Source: an uncultured Chloroflexia bacterium
GTDB lineage: Bacteria > Chloroflexota > Limnocylindria > Limnocylindrales > CSP1-4
NCBI GenBank assembly: GCA_963808895.1
Contig: CAWEHL010000001.1
Coordinates: forward strand, 515,560 to 579,559
Direction of reading: 5' to 3'
Length of the DNA stretch: 64,000 bases
Shown here: positions 1 to 8,811 of the stretch, piece after piece
Layout of the letters: each line of letters starts with the position of its first letter
How positions within the stretch are numbered: the first letter of the stretch is position 1
Made by a program: the position numbers and the translations under genes
Notes under the pieces: model-generated
Told to the model about the DNA's origin: nothing
The model's input: the letters and a program-made list of their open reading frames with translations, nothing else
Databases searched by the model: none

Positions 1-993
1 TTCCACCGTGCCTGGTGGGACGCGTACGGCGACAACGCCCATGACGAGACGCTGGTGGTATGCGGCGAGGGCGCCTCGGCCGAGCCCATGGCGATCGTCC
101 CGTTGATGCATCGACACGAGGTCGAGCCGACGGATGCAGCGACGCGCACGACCATCCGGCACACCGACGACCTTGGCCTGACGGCCGTCGCCCCGACCGC
201 GAAGGCCATCCTGTTCGGTGCTTCCTACCACTCGGATTACGCCACGGTCCTCGGCGATCCCGCGATCCTCCCGGCCGTCGCGCGGGCCGTTGCCGCCTAC
301 GTCGCCGCGCCGGTCGGTGATGCGTGGGATGTCGTCGATCTGCGACGTCTTCGGTGTCAGGACCCCGCCGGCAACCAGCTCGCTCGTGCGCTCGCCGACC
401 AAGGACTCGGCGAGCTCACCGTCGAACGCGAGGACGTCTGTCCCGTCGTGACCTTCCCGCAGGGCGTCGATATCGAGGGCTACCTCTCGACGCTCGGGAA
501 GAAGGAACGCCATGAGATCCGGCGCAAGGTCCGCCGAGCCGAGGCGATCGGCGAGGTCCGTTTGACCGACTCGACCGATCCGCAGGCCGACCTCGAACTG
601 TTCATCGACCTGCATCAGAAGCGATGGGGCGAGAAGGGCCTGTTCCCCTCGACCAAAGGTGGCGACCAGAGCCGCGTCCTGGTCCGCCGCCTGTTCGAGC
701 TGTTCGGAACGGACGGCCCGTTCAAGCTGACGATCCTCAGCGTCGGCGACCGCCGCATCGGCGCGGGCCTCCATTTCGAGACCGGGTCCGATCTCCTCTA
801 CTACAACGCCGGCATCGACCCCGATGCTCGCGACCTATCGCCGGGCGTCCTGATGATCCACGCGTATGTCGCGCGAGCGCTCGAGCGCGGCATCCGCCGG
901 ATGGACTTCCTGCGCGGCGACGAGTCGTACAAATACGAATGGGGTGCGGTCGACGAGCCGATCCAGCGCGTCCTCTTGCGGCGAGACGGGTGA
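1..993 (+). CDS. GNAT-fold acyltransferase, CelD/BioF2-like (5' end outside window)
   Basis: Frame +1 is open from base 1 (FHRAWWDAYGDN...). The C-terminal block MDFLRGDESYKYEWGA is typical of CelD/Acetyltransf_6 proteins. TGATG stop/start overlap with the next gene. Confidence 0.7.
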   Translation, partial: FHRAWWDAYGDNAHDETLVVCGEGASAEPMAIVPLMHRHEVEPTDAATRTTIRHTDDLGLTAVAPTAKAILFGASYHSDYATVLGDPAILPAVARAVAAYVAAPVGDAWDVVDLRRLRCQDPAGNQLARALADQGLGELTVEREDVCPVVTFPQGVDIEGYLSTLGKKERHEIRRKVRRAEAIGEVRLTDSTDPQADLELFIDLHQKRWGEKGLFPSTKGGDQSRVLVRRLFELFGTDGPFKLTILSVGDRRIGAGLHFETGSDLLYYNAGIDPDARDLSPGVLMIHAYVARALERGIRRMDFLRGDESYKYEWGAVDEPIQRVLLRRDG

Positions 994-2207
994 TGGCCAC
1001 ACACCTCCGCCACGATCCCTGTCTCGAGATGGTCCCGCGGCCCCAGGTGGCGTCGGGCGATCGCATCCGCGTCGTCGAGGTCCTCGCCACCGGGACGAGT
1101 GGCGGCGCACAGGAGCACGTCCTCGGGCTGGTCAGCCGGATGGACCACGCCCGTTTCGACGTCTCGGTCGTGTCGCTGTCGCCGGGGAGTGCCGCTCGGA
1201 AGTTGGAGCGCGCGGGGTTCGAGGTCCTCGTGATCGACGAGCACGACGATGCGATCGCGACCGGCGCACTGGCGGCGCATCTGGTCGATGTGCGGCCGGA
1301 CGTCATCCACAACCACATGTACCGCGCGGAGCTCGTCGGTACGCGGGCGGCGATCGCGCTCGGCGAGGTCGGGCACCGGCGGCCGTACATCGTCTCGACC
1401 GTGCATTCGAGCCGTGTTCGGTCCGAGGAGGACCGCGAGATGCTCCGCGTCCTGACGCCGGCGATGGACCAGCTGATCGCGGTCTCGAAGATGATCGAGG
1501 ACAAGCTCGTCGCGGAAGGACGGACGACTGCCCCGATCACCAGGATCTACAACGGCGTCGATCTGTCCCGCTACGAACGCGTCGAGGCCTGCTGCACCCT
1601 CCCCGACGAGTACGGCATGGAGCCGGGTTCACAGATCGTCGGCGTGGTGGCGAGGCTCGAGCCCGAGAAGGGCCATCCGACGCTCCTCGAGGCGTGGCCG
1701 CCGGTCCTGCGGGCCGTTCCAGACGCGTACCTCCTCATCGTCGGCGAGGGGTCGCGACGCGAGGCGCTCGAGGCGCAGACCCGCGATCTCAGGATCGCCC
1801 ATCGGGTGGTGTTCACCGGTCGCCGCGACGACGTGCCTTCTGTTACCGCGGCCCTCGACGTCGCGGTCCTGCCGTCCTATCGCGAGGCCCAGGGGCTGTC
1901 GATCCTCGAAGCCCTCGCGTTGTCGCGGCCGGTGGTCGCCTCGAACGTCGGCGGTATCCCGGAGATGATCACGGACGGCGTGAACGGCATGCTCGTCCCG
2001 CCACACGACCCCGATGCGCTCGCCGCGGCGATCATCCGTCTGCTGCGAGATCACCCCTTCGCGGACACGCTCGGGCGTGCCGGCCACGACATGGTCCACG
2101 ACCGCTTCTGTATCGACCTCATGGTCGAATCGGTGCAGGCGATCTACGAGGAAGGCGCGCGCTCGGTCCGACCGTCGACGCTGCCCGAGGTCGCCGCCGC
2201 CGTCTGA
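993..2207 (+). CDS. Glycosyltransferase family 4 (GT-B, retaining type)
   Basis: Same frame as track ORF 624..2207; the ATG at 993 overlaps the upstream stop. Motifs EKGHPTLLEAW, GEGSRREALE, VLPSYREAQGLSILEALALSRPVVASNVGGIPEMITDGVNGMLVPP. Confidence 0.85.
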   Translation: MATHLRHDPCLEMVPRPQVASGDRIRVVEVLATGTSGGAQEHVLGLVSRMDHARFDVSVVSLSPGSAARKLERAGFEVLVIDEHDDAIATGALAAHLVDVRPDVIHNHMYRAELVGTRAAIALGEVGHRRPYIVSTVHSSRVRSEEDREMLRVLTPAMDQLIAVSKMIEDKLVAEGRTTAPITRIYNGVDLSRYERVEACCTLPDEYGMEPGSQIVGVVARLEPEKGHPTLLEAWPPVLRAVPDAYLLIVGEGSRREALEAQTRDLRIAHRVVFTGRRDDVPSVTAALDVAVLPSYREAQGLSILEALALSRPVVASNVGGIPEMITDGVNGMLVPPHDPDALAAAIIRLLRDHPFADTLGRAGHDMVHDRFCIDLMVESVQAIYEEGARSVRPSTLPEVAAAV

Positions 2208-2282
2208 CCGTCCCGTCCAACCCACGCGGGTGGGACCATCGGGGTGGTGCCATCTGACAACGGGCGGACATAGCATTCGGGC

Positions 2283-3692
2283 GTGTCGCTCCGCGCCCTT
2301 TGGTGGTTCCTCGCCATCTCGCTGCCGGTCCTCGCCTCCCTGATCGCGAAGATCTCGACAGTCGATCTCGCCTACCAACTCCGTGCTGGCGCAGAGATCC
2401 TGGCGACCGGCCGGATCCCGACGACCGACACCTGGACCTTCACCATGGCCGGCCAGCCGTGGGTCGACCAGCAATGGGCGGCCCAGATCGTCCTTCGGGC
2501 GATCGAGTCGGTCGGGGGCTGGGTCGGCCTCGCCGCCTTCCGCGCGGTGCTCGTCGGAGCGATCTTCGGCGGAACGTGCCTGATCGCCGTCCGTCGCGGC
2601 CTGGACGTGCGGACCGGCGCGATCCTTTCGCTTCTCGCGTTCGTGGTGGCGGCGCCGGCGCTCGCCCTGCGCCCGCAGCTCCTCGGGATGCTGTGTTTCG
2701 TCGGCGTCCTGCTGCTGGTGGTGGACCGGCGGGAGCATCCGCAGCGATTGTGGCTCGCGCCGGTCATCGTCGCGATCTGGGCGAACATCCACGGCTCGTT
2801 CTTCCTCGGCCCGCTCGTGCTCGGGCTCGCGTGGCTCGAGGACGTCCACGACCGACTCCCGGGTGCGACCCGGACCCTGGCCGTCGCGGGCGTCGCCGCG
2901 CTTGCGGCGTGCCTCACGCCGAGCGGCCCACTGGTCTGGCTCTATGCCGCCGGGCTGACCTCGAACGCCTCGGTGACGGCTCGGGTGACGGAATGGCAAC
3001 CGACCTCCATCCGGGACGTGCCGGGCCTGCTGTTCTTCGCGTCCGCCCTAGCGATCGTGACACTGATCGCCCGCTCGGGGCGGCGAGTGCCATGGCCGAC
3101 GCTCGCCTGGCTCGGTGTCTTCTTCCTGATCGGCGTGTACGCACAGCGAGGCGTCGCCTGGTGGCCGATCGCCGCCGTCACGGCGATCGCCGGCACGCTG
3201 GTGCCGGCGTTCCCCGGGAGGACGAGGGTCGAGACCCAGACGATGCGTCGCCTCAACGCCCTGGTCGCTGGCGTGCTCGTCCTTGCGATGTTCCTGGCCC
3301 TTCCCTCGAATCGCCCGGCCGTGCCCGGCGCCCTCGTGCCGGCGGACGCCGTCGCGCCGGCACCGGCTGGCATCACCGCGAGCCTTCGCGACCTGGCGGA
3401 TCCGGGGGCCCACGTCCTCGATCCGCAGACGTGGGGCTCGTGGTTCGAGTACGCGTTGCCGCAGCTCGAGATGGCCGTCGACTCTCGGATCGAGATGTTC
3501 AGGCCCGACGTCTGGCAAACGTACGAATCGATCGTCTCGGGACAGGACGGCTGGGAGCGCCAGATGGCCGAATGGGGCGTGACGCACGTCGTCGTCGAAG
3601 CCGATGCGACGGCGTTCCGCGACCGGCTCGTCCGTGCCGGTTGGGAGGTCGCGTACGAGGACGCGGACGGCGCGCTCCTGATCCGTCGGTGA
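2283..3692 (+). CDS. Polytopic membrane protein, GT-C-like or polymerase-like (unassigned)
   Basis: 469-aa ORF with about 11-12 hydrophobic spans. Early loop TDTWTFTMAGQPWVDQQW, ANIHGSFFLGP, soluble C-terminal ~110 aa. Function inferred from context only. Confidence 0.6.
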   Translation: MSLRALWWFLAISLPVLASLIAKISTVDLAYQLRAGAEILATGRIPTTDTWTFTMAGQPWVDQQWAAQIVLRAIESVGGWVGLAAFRAVLVGAIFGGTCLIAVRRGLDVRTGAILSLLAFVVAAPALALRPQLLGMLCFVGVLLLVVDRREHPQRLWLAPVIVAIWANIHGSFFLGPLVLGLAWLEDVHDRLPGATRTLAVAGVAALAACLTPSGPLVWLYAAGLTSNASVTARVTEWQPTSIRDVPGLLFFASALAIVTLIARSGRRVPWPTLAWLGVFFLIGVYAQRGVAWWPIAAVTAIAGTLVPAFPGRTRVETQTMRRLNALVAGVLVLAMFLALPSNRPAVPGALVPADAVAPAPAGITASLRDLADPGAHVLDPQTWGSWFEYALPQLEMAVDSRIEMFRPDVWQTYESIVSGQDGWERQMAEWGVTHVVVEADATAFRDRLVRAGWEVAYEDADGALLIRR

Positions 3693-3698
3693 GATGCC

Positions 3699-4442
3699 CT
3701 AGCCGTCCGACCAGAGGTGGAAGGTGTGGACGGCGTGGGTCGGCTCGAAACCGAGGCGGATCCAGACCTTCTGCGCGGGCATGTTCGAGACCTGGGTCGA
3801 CACCACGCAACGCGGGGCACGGAGCTGGGCAGCGTGCCGCAGCGCACCGATGACCAATGCGGGATAGAGGCCCCGTCCCTGGGCATCTGGACGGATCCCG
3901 TTGAGTACGATCTCGGTCTCGGTCTCGCGGCGCTCCGTGCTCAAGAAGCCAGCGATCGCACCGCCGTCCTCGATGACCAAGACGTCGCCGTCCGCCATCG
4001 ACCTGCGCGCCCAGTCGACATATCCGGCATCCGCGGCGGCACGATCGAGGCGGGGGTCGGCGTGGTAGTGACCTTGATACCCGGCGAACGCAGCCTCCGC
4101 GATCGCCGTGATCTCAGCGGTATCGTCCGGCCCAGCCGGACGCACGGGACGAGGCTGCTCGGGGATCGGCCGATCGAGCGCTCGGGCGTAGTGGACCAAC
4201 GTGTCACACAGGCGTCCACCGGCGTTCTCGAGCGCCTGCGCCACCGCCAGGTCGTTCGCGGGCGAGCGAACGATCACCATGGCGACGCCCGATGCCCGAG
4301 CATCCTTGGCGATCGCGGTGACGTCGACCACAGACGCTGCATAGGAGCGCGCGATCGGCACCCCGAACCTCGCCGAATCGACATCGGAGGTCGCCAACGC
4401 CGAGGTAGCGACCAGTCGGGTCGCGGACATGTGCGAAGTCAC
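3699..4442 (-). CDS. Two-domain GNAT N-acetyltransferase, WecD-like (dTDP-4-amino-4,6-dideoxyhexose acetyltransferase type)
   Basis: DSARFGVPIAR, AFAGYQGHYHADPRLD and the C-terminal VVSTQVSNMPAQKVWIRLGFEP..HLW line up by eye with E. coli WecD blocks (RVATQVGNTAALKRYIQSG..YWLY). Confidence 0.65.
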   Translation of the reverse strand: MTSHMSATRLVATSALATSDVDSARFGVPIARSYAASVVDVTAIAKDARASGVAMVIVRSPANDLAVAQALENAGGRLCDTLVHYARALDRPIPEQPRPVRPAGPDDTAEITAIAEAAFAGYQGHYHADPRLDRAAADAGYVDWARRSMADGDVLVIEDGGAIAGFLSTERRETETEIVLNGIRPDAQGRGLYPALVIGALRHAAQLRAPRCVVSTQVSNMPAQKVWIRLGFEPTHAVHTFHLWSDG

Positions 4443-4598
4443 CGCGGTCGACTCCCGTATCGGTGATCCAGGCGTGATCGCTGAGCGTTCGCAGCCTATC
4501 AGCCCTGGTCGTCCGCATAGGGATCGACCAAGCCCGAGGTCAGTGTCTTGTGCCGCGTACTAGGACGTTCGGCGCGGTGACTGGTCGCACCGCGTCAG

Positions 4599-4604
4599 TA
4601 GACT
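4599..4604 (+). promoter_or_regulatory. -10-like hexamer TAGACT, 7 nt upstream of the ATG at 4612 (leaderless-type arrangement)
   Basis: TAGACT cctgagc ATG. The same TAGACT-N7-ATG is seen at 35624. TAnnnT fits the actinobacterial -10 consensus. Confidence 0.4.
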
Positions 4605-4611
4605 CCTGAGC

Positions 4612-5817
4612 ATGACCCAGGAGACCCGCGATCTCGACGTCGTCGTCCTCGGTGGCGGTGGCCACGTCGGGCTGCCGCTCAGCCTCACGCTGGCCGATGC
4701 CGGCTTGTGTGTCGGCATCTACGACACGAGCCAGGCCACGCTGGACCGGATCGCCGCCGGCGACATGCCGTTCCTCGAGACCGGCGCCGACGAGCTGCTT
4801 CGGAAGGTCCTCACCACCGGGCGCCTCGAGCTCGGGACGGACGGCTCGATCATCGAACGCACCGAGACCCTGATCATCGTGGTCGGGACGCCGGTGGACG
4901 AGTTCCTCGGCCCATCGATGACGGTCTTCGAGCGCGTGGTCAACCAGGTCGCGCCGCATCTTCGCGACGGTGCCCTCGTCGTCCTCAGAAGCACGGTCTA
5001 CCCGGGCACGACCGAGTACGTCACCCAGCACCTGGCGGAGGCTGGGTGCCACGTCGATGTCGCCTTCTGCCCGGAGCGCATCGCCGAAGGTCATGCCCTG
5101 GAGGAGCTCCATACGCTCCCGCAGATCATCGGCGCGGATGACGATCGGGCCGCCGAGCGCGCGACGGCGTTGTTCCGAAACCTCGTCAGCAAGACGGTGC
5201 GCGTGTCGACGAAGGAAGCCGAGCTCGCGAAGCTCTTCACGAATACGTGGCGGTACATGAAGTTCGCGGTCGCGAACCAGTTCTTCATGATCGCCGACCA
5301 GGCGGGCGTGGACTACACGAACGTGCTGCGCGCCATCCGTGAGGACTACCCGCGAGCACAGGACCTTCCGGGTCCCGGATTCGCCGCCGGACCCTGCCTC
5401 TTCAAGGACGCGATGCAGCTCGCGGCATTCACGAGCGACCACTTCCCGATGGGTCAGGCCGCGATGCAGGTCAACGAAGGCCTACCCGCGTATATCGTCG
5501 CTGCCCTCGAGCGCCGCTACGGCGGGCTCAAGGACAAGACGATCGGGATCCTCGGCATGGCGTTCAAGGCCGAATCCGACGACACGCGCGCATCGCTCTC
5601 GTACAAGCTGCGCAAGCTCCTGTCGTGGTCGGGCGCCCGAGTGCTCGGCACCGATCCGTACGTCGATGACCCGAGGCTGGTCAGCCTTGAGTGCGTGCTC
5701 GAGGAGAGCGACGTCCTCGTCCTCGGGGCGCCGCACAAGGCGTACCGCGGTCTCCAGATCGGCGGCAAGGATGTCGTCGACGTGTGGGGAGCCCTGGGTG
5801 AAGGGATCCGTCTCTGA
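4612..5817 (+). CDS. Nucleotide-sugar 6-dehydrogenase (UDP-glucose/GDP-mannose dehydrogenase family)
   Basis: Rossmann VVVLGGGGHVGLP, catalytic Cys region GPGFAAGPCLFKD, GILGMAFKAESDDTR. Confidence 0.85.
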   Translation: MTQETRDLDVVVLGGGGHVGLPLSLTLADAGLCVGIYDTSQATLDRIAAGDMPFLETGADELLRKVLTTGRLELGTDGSIIERTETLIIVVGTPVDEFLGPSMTVFERVVNQVAPHLRDGALVVLRSTVYPGTTEYVTQHLAEAGCHVDVAFCPERIAEGHALEELHTLPQIIGADDDRAAERATALFRNLVSKTVRVSTKEAELAKLFTNTWRYMKFAVANQFFMIADQAGVDYTNVLRAIREDYPRAQDLPGPGFAAGPCLFKDAMQLAAFTSDHFPMGQAAMQVNEGLPAYIVAALERRYGGLKDKTIGILGMAFKAESDDTRASLSYKLRKLLSWSGARVLGTDPYVDDPRLVSLECVLEESDVLVLGAPHKAYRGLQIGGKDVVDVWGALGEGIRL

Positions 5818-5882
5818 CGGCGGCCGGGCGACCGAGCGACGACGTTCTCGACCCCGGCCGACCGTGGCGCATCGCGACCATC

Positions 5883-6773
5883 GTGGTCTTCGCCTTGTTT
5901 TCCGGCCTTCAGGCCGTCGAGGGTCTGATCCTGCCGCTGGCCGTGGGCTCGCACGCCGCGAACTACACCGCGGCCGCCGCGGCATGGCTGGCCGGCGGGG
6001 ACCCGTGGCAGGTCGGACCGCCGGCAGCGATCTACGCCGGTCCCCCGCCGATGCTCCTGCTATTCGTCCCGTTCGTCCCGCTACCCGTGGACCTGACACG
6101 CCTGGTGTGGGTCCTCGGGATGTTCCTCGTCGCGATCGGGGTGGTTCGGCGGCTCGGTCTGCCGGGCTACTGGGTCGCGTTCCCGCCGATGTTCCAGGCG
6201 ATCTTCCTCGGCCATCCCGAAGTCCTCGTCGTCGCGCTACTCGTCCTCGGTGGCCCGCTGAGCGGGGTCGCCGCGGTGATCAAGCCGTATGCGGCCGCGC
6301 CGTTGCTCGCGGAGAAGCGCTGGTCGGCATTCCTGGTAGCCATCGCGGTCGTCCTCATCACCGCGCCCTTCTTGCCATGGGCGACGTTCGCCGCGGACCT
6401 TCCAGCCATCGCCGCGAACCTCGTGCGCCAGAACCACGGCGACTCCACGTTCGGGAGTCCGGTCCTGATCGCCCTCGCCATCCTCGCGCTGGTGAGCCTC
6501 GGCGTGCGACGCGGCCTATGGTTGAGCGTCCCGTTGCTATGGCCACTGGCGCAGCCGATGTACAAGACCGTGTCGTTGCCCGCGTTGTCGCCTTTCCTCG
6601 CGATCGCCTGGTCGATCCCAGTCCCTGGTCTCACGCTCGTCGGCGTGGTGATCGAAGCGATCGTGCTGCGATGGGCGTCGCGACGGCCGCTTCCGGTCTG
6701 GCTCATCCATGGCTTCGAGCCCGCGTCGATCCGCGGACCGTTCGGCAGCCCCACCCCTGACCCCGGAGTCTGA
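5883..6773 (+). CDS. DUF2029-like polytopic membrane protein, paralog A (putative small GT-C-type transferase)
   Basis: About 8 hydrophobic spans. AAWLAGGDPW, RRLGLPGYWVAFPPM, ALLVLGGPLSG and ITAPFLPW are shared with the protein at 11488..12381. The frame stays open upstream to 5814, so the start is uncertain. Confidence 0.6.
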   Translation: MVFALFSGLQAVEGLILPLAVGSHAANYTAAAAAWLAGGDPWQVGPPAAIYAGPPPMLLLFVPFVPLPVDLTRLVWVLGMFLVAIGVVRRLGLPGYWVAFPPMFQAIFLGHPEVLVVALLVLGGPLSGVAAVIKPYAAAPLLAEKRWSAFLVAIAVVLITAPFLPWATFAADLPAIAANLVRQNHGDSTFGSPVLIALAILALVSLGVRRGLWLSVPLLWPLAQPMYKTVSLPALSPFLAIAWSIPVPGLTLVGVVIEAIVLRWASRRPLPVWLIHGFEPASIRGPFGSPTPDPGV

Positions 6774-6790
6774 GATGGAGAGAATCTGAC

Positions 6791-7813
6791 GTGCGGATCC
6801 TCGTCACCGGCGCGGCCGGCTTCATCAACGGGTATCTCGTCCCCGAGCTGCTCGAGGCCGGTCACGAGGTGATCGGTCTTGACGACTTCTCGAAGTACGG
6901 TCGCCTCGCCAAGTCGTACGACGCCCACCCCTGCTATCGGTTCGTCGAGGGCGACGCGAAGGACACGGCGTTGATGCGCGAGCTGGCCAGCGATGTCGAC
7001 CAGGTCGTCGCATCCGCCGCGATGATCGGCGGGATCAGCTACTTCCACGAGTTCGCCTACGACCTGATCGCCGAGAACGAGCGGATCCTGGCGTCGACCT
7101 TCGACGCGGCGATCGCCGCCCATCGCGACGGGCACCTGCAGCGGATCATCGTGATGTCGTCATCGATGGTCTACGAGTCCGCCACGGTGTTCCCAACGCC
7201 CGAGGGCGCACAGCTGAGCTCACCGCCGCCGATCTCGACGTATGGGTTCCAGAAGCTCGCATCGGAGTACTTCGCGAGCGGCGCCTGGGAGCAGTACCAG
7301 CTGCCGTACACGATCGTCCGACCGTTCAATTGCGTCGGGATCGGCGAGCGCCGAGCGCTTCGCGACACGGACATCATGTCCGGAAACGTGAAACTCGCCC
7401 TGTCCCACGTCGTGCCCGATCTGGCGCTGAAGGTGCTCAAGGGCCAGGATCCCCTGCACATCCTCGGTGACGGGTCGCAGGTTCGCCACTACACCTACGG
7501 CGGCGACCTCGCCCACGGGATCCGACTCGCGATGGAGTCGGAGCGGATGGTCAACGAGGACGTCAACCTGTCGACGGCGCGGTCGACGACGGTCCTCGAA
7601 CTGGCGCAGGCGATCTGGCGAAACATCCACGGCGCGGATCGGGAGTTTCGCTACGTATCCGACCCGCCATTCGAGCACGACGTCCAGATGCGTGTCCCCG
7701 ATGTCCGCAAGGCCAAGGATCTCCTCGATTTCGAGGCCACGACGACCCTCGACGAGATGCTCGACGAGGTCATCCCGTGGATCCGCGGCGAAGTGGAGGC
7801 CGGCCGGCTGTGA
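6791..7813 (+). CDS. NAD-dependent epimerase/dehydratase (extended SDR)
   Basis: GTG start 9 nt after GGAGAG. VTGAAGFINGYL, catalytic STYGFQK (YxxxK). Confidence 0.85.
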   Translation: MRILVTGAAGFINGYLVPELLEAGHEVIGLDDFSKYGRLAKSYDAHPCYRFVEGDAKDTALMRELASDVDQVVASAAMIGGISYFHEFAYDLIAENERILASTFDAAIAAHRDGHLQRIIVMSSSMVYESATVFPTPEGAQLSSPPPISTYGFQKLASEYFASGAWEQYQLPYTIVRPFNCVGIGERRALRDTDIMSGNVKLALSHVVPDLALKVLKGQDPLHILGDGSQVRHYTYGGDLAHGIRLAMESERMVNEDVNLSTARSTTVLELAQAIWRNIHGADREFRYVSDPPFEHDVQMRVPDVRKAKDLLDFEATTTLDEMLDEVIPWIRGEVEAGRL

Positions 7814-8811
7814 TCCAGGCCCCGTGGGAGCGACGACGCGCCCCGAGCCCGTGGGTACCGGAACCCGAGCTCGCGACGGGGATCTCGATCGTCGTCCCCG
7901 TGTACCGCTCCGCCGGGACCCTGCGCGAGTTGGTGCGCCGCCTCACGGAGACGCTCGGAGCGCTCGGCGAGCCGTACGAGATCGTTCTCGTGGAGGACGC
8001 CAGCCCCGACGGCTCGTGGTCGGTGATCGGCGACCTTGCGACCGACGACCAGCGCGTGCGCGGCATCCAGCTCAGTCGGAACTACGGACAACACAACGCG
8101 CTCCTGTGCGGGATCCGGGCTGCGCGGTTCGATCGCACGATCACGCTCGACGACGATCTGCAGAACCCGCCTGAAGAGATCCCCAAACTCCTGGCACGTC
8201 TCGTCGGAGACATCGATGTCGTCTACGGGACCCCGTTGTCCGAGCAACACGGATTGCTGCGAGACCTCGCGTCCAGGATCACCAAGCTCGCATTGCAGGA
8301 GGCGATGGGTGCCGACGTAGCGAGGAACGTCAGCGCCTTCCGTGCGTTCCGGACCCGGCTGCGCGACGCCTTCCCGGCCTATCGCGGGCCGTACGTGTCG
8401 GTGGACGTGCTTCTCACCTGGGGGACGACGCGTTTCGCGCACACGCCGGTCCAGCACGATGCCCGTCGCATCGGCACGTCGGGCTACACCGTTCGCAAAC
8501 TCGTGGCCCACGCGTTGAACATGGCGACCGGCTTCAGCACGCTGCCGCTCCAGCTCGCCAGCGTCGTGGGGTTCATGTTCACGGTCTTCGGATTGCTCGT
8601 CCTTGCGTACGTGATGATCAACTACATCTCGAACGGGCCGAACAACGTGCCCGGCTTCGCGTTCATCGCTTCGATGATCGCCATCTTCAGCGGTGCTCAG
8701 CTCTTCGCTCTCGGCATCATCGGGGAGTACCTCGCACGCATGCACTTCCGCGCGATGGATCGACCCACGTATCTGATCCGTGAACGGACCGATGACGAAC
8801 AGCCCGACTGA
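7810..8811 (+). CDS. GT2 polyprenyl-phosphate glycosyltransferase, GtrB/ArnC-like
   Basis: ISIVVPVYRS, VLVEDASPDGS, SRNYGQHNAL, LDDDLQNPPEEI, plus two C-terminal TM helices ending GIIGEYLARM. GTG 7810 gives a GTGA overlap with the upstream stop; the track ATG at 7777 is the alternative. Confidence 0.85.
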   Translation: MIQAPWERRRAPSPWVPEPELATGISIVVPVYRSAGTLRELVRRLTETLGALGEPYEIVLVEDASPDGSWSVIGDLATDDQRVRGIQLSRNYGQHNALLCGIRAARFDRTITLDDDLQNPPEEIPKLLARLVGDIDVVYGTPLSEQHGLLRDLASRITKLALQEAMGADVARNVSAFRAFRTRLRDAFPAYRGPYVSVDVLLTWGTTRFAHTPVQHDARRIGTSGYTVRKLVAHALNMATGFSTLPLQLASVVGFMFTVFGLLVLAYVMINYISNGPNNVPGFAFIASMIAIFSGAQLFALGIIGEYLARMHFRAMDRPTYLIRERTDDEQPD

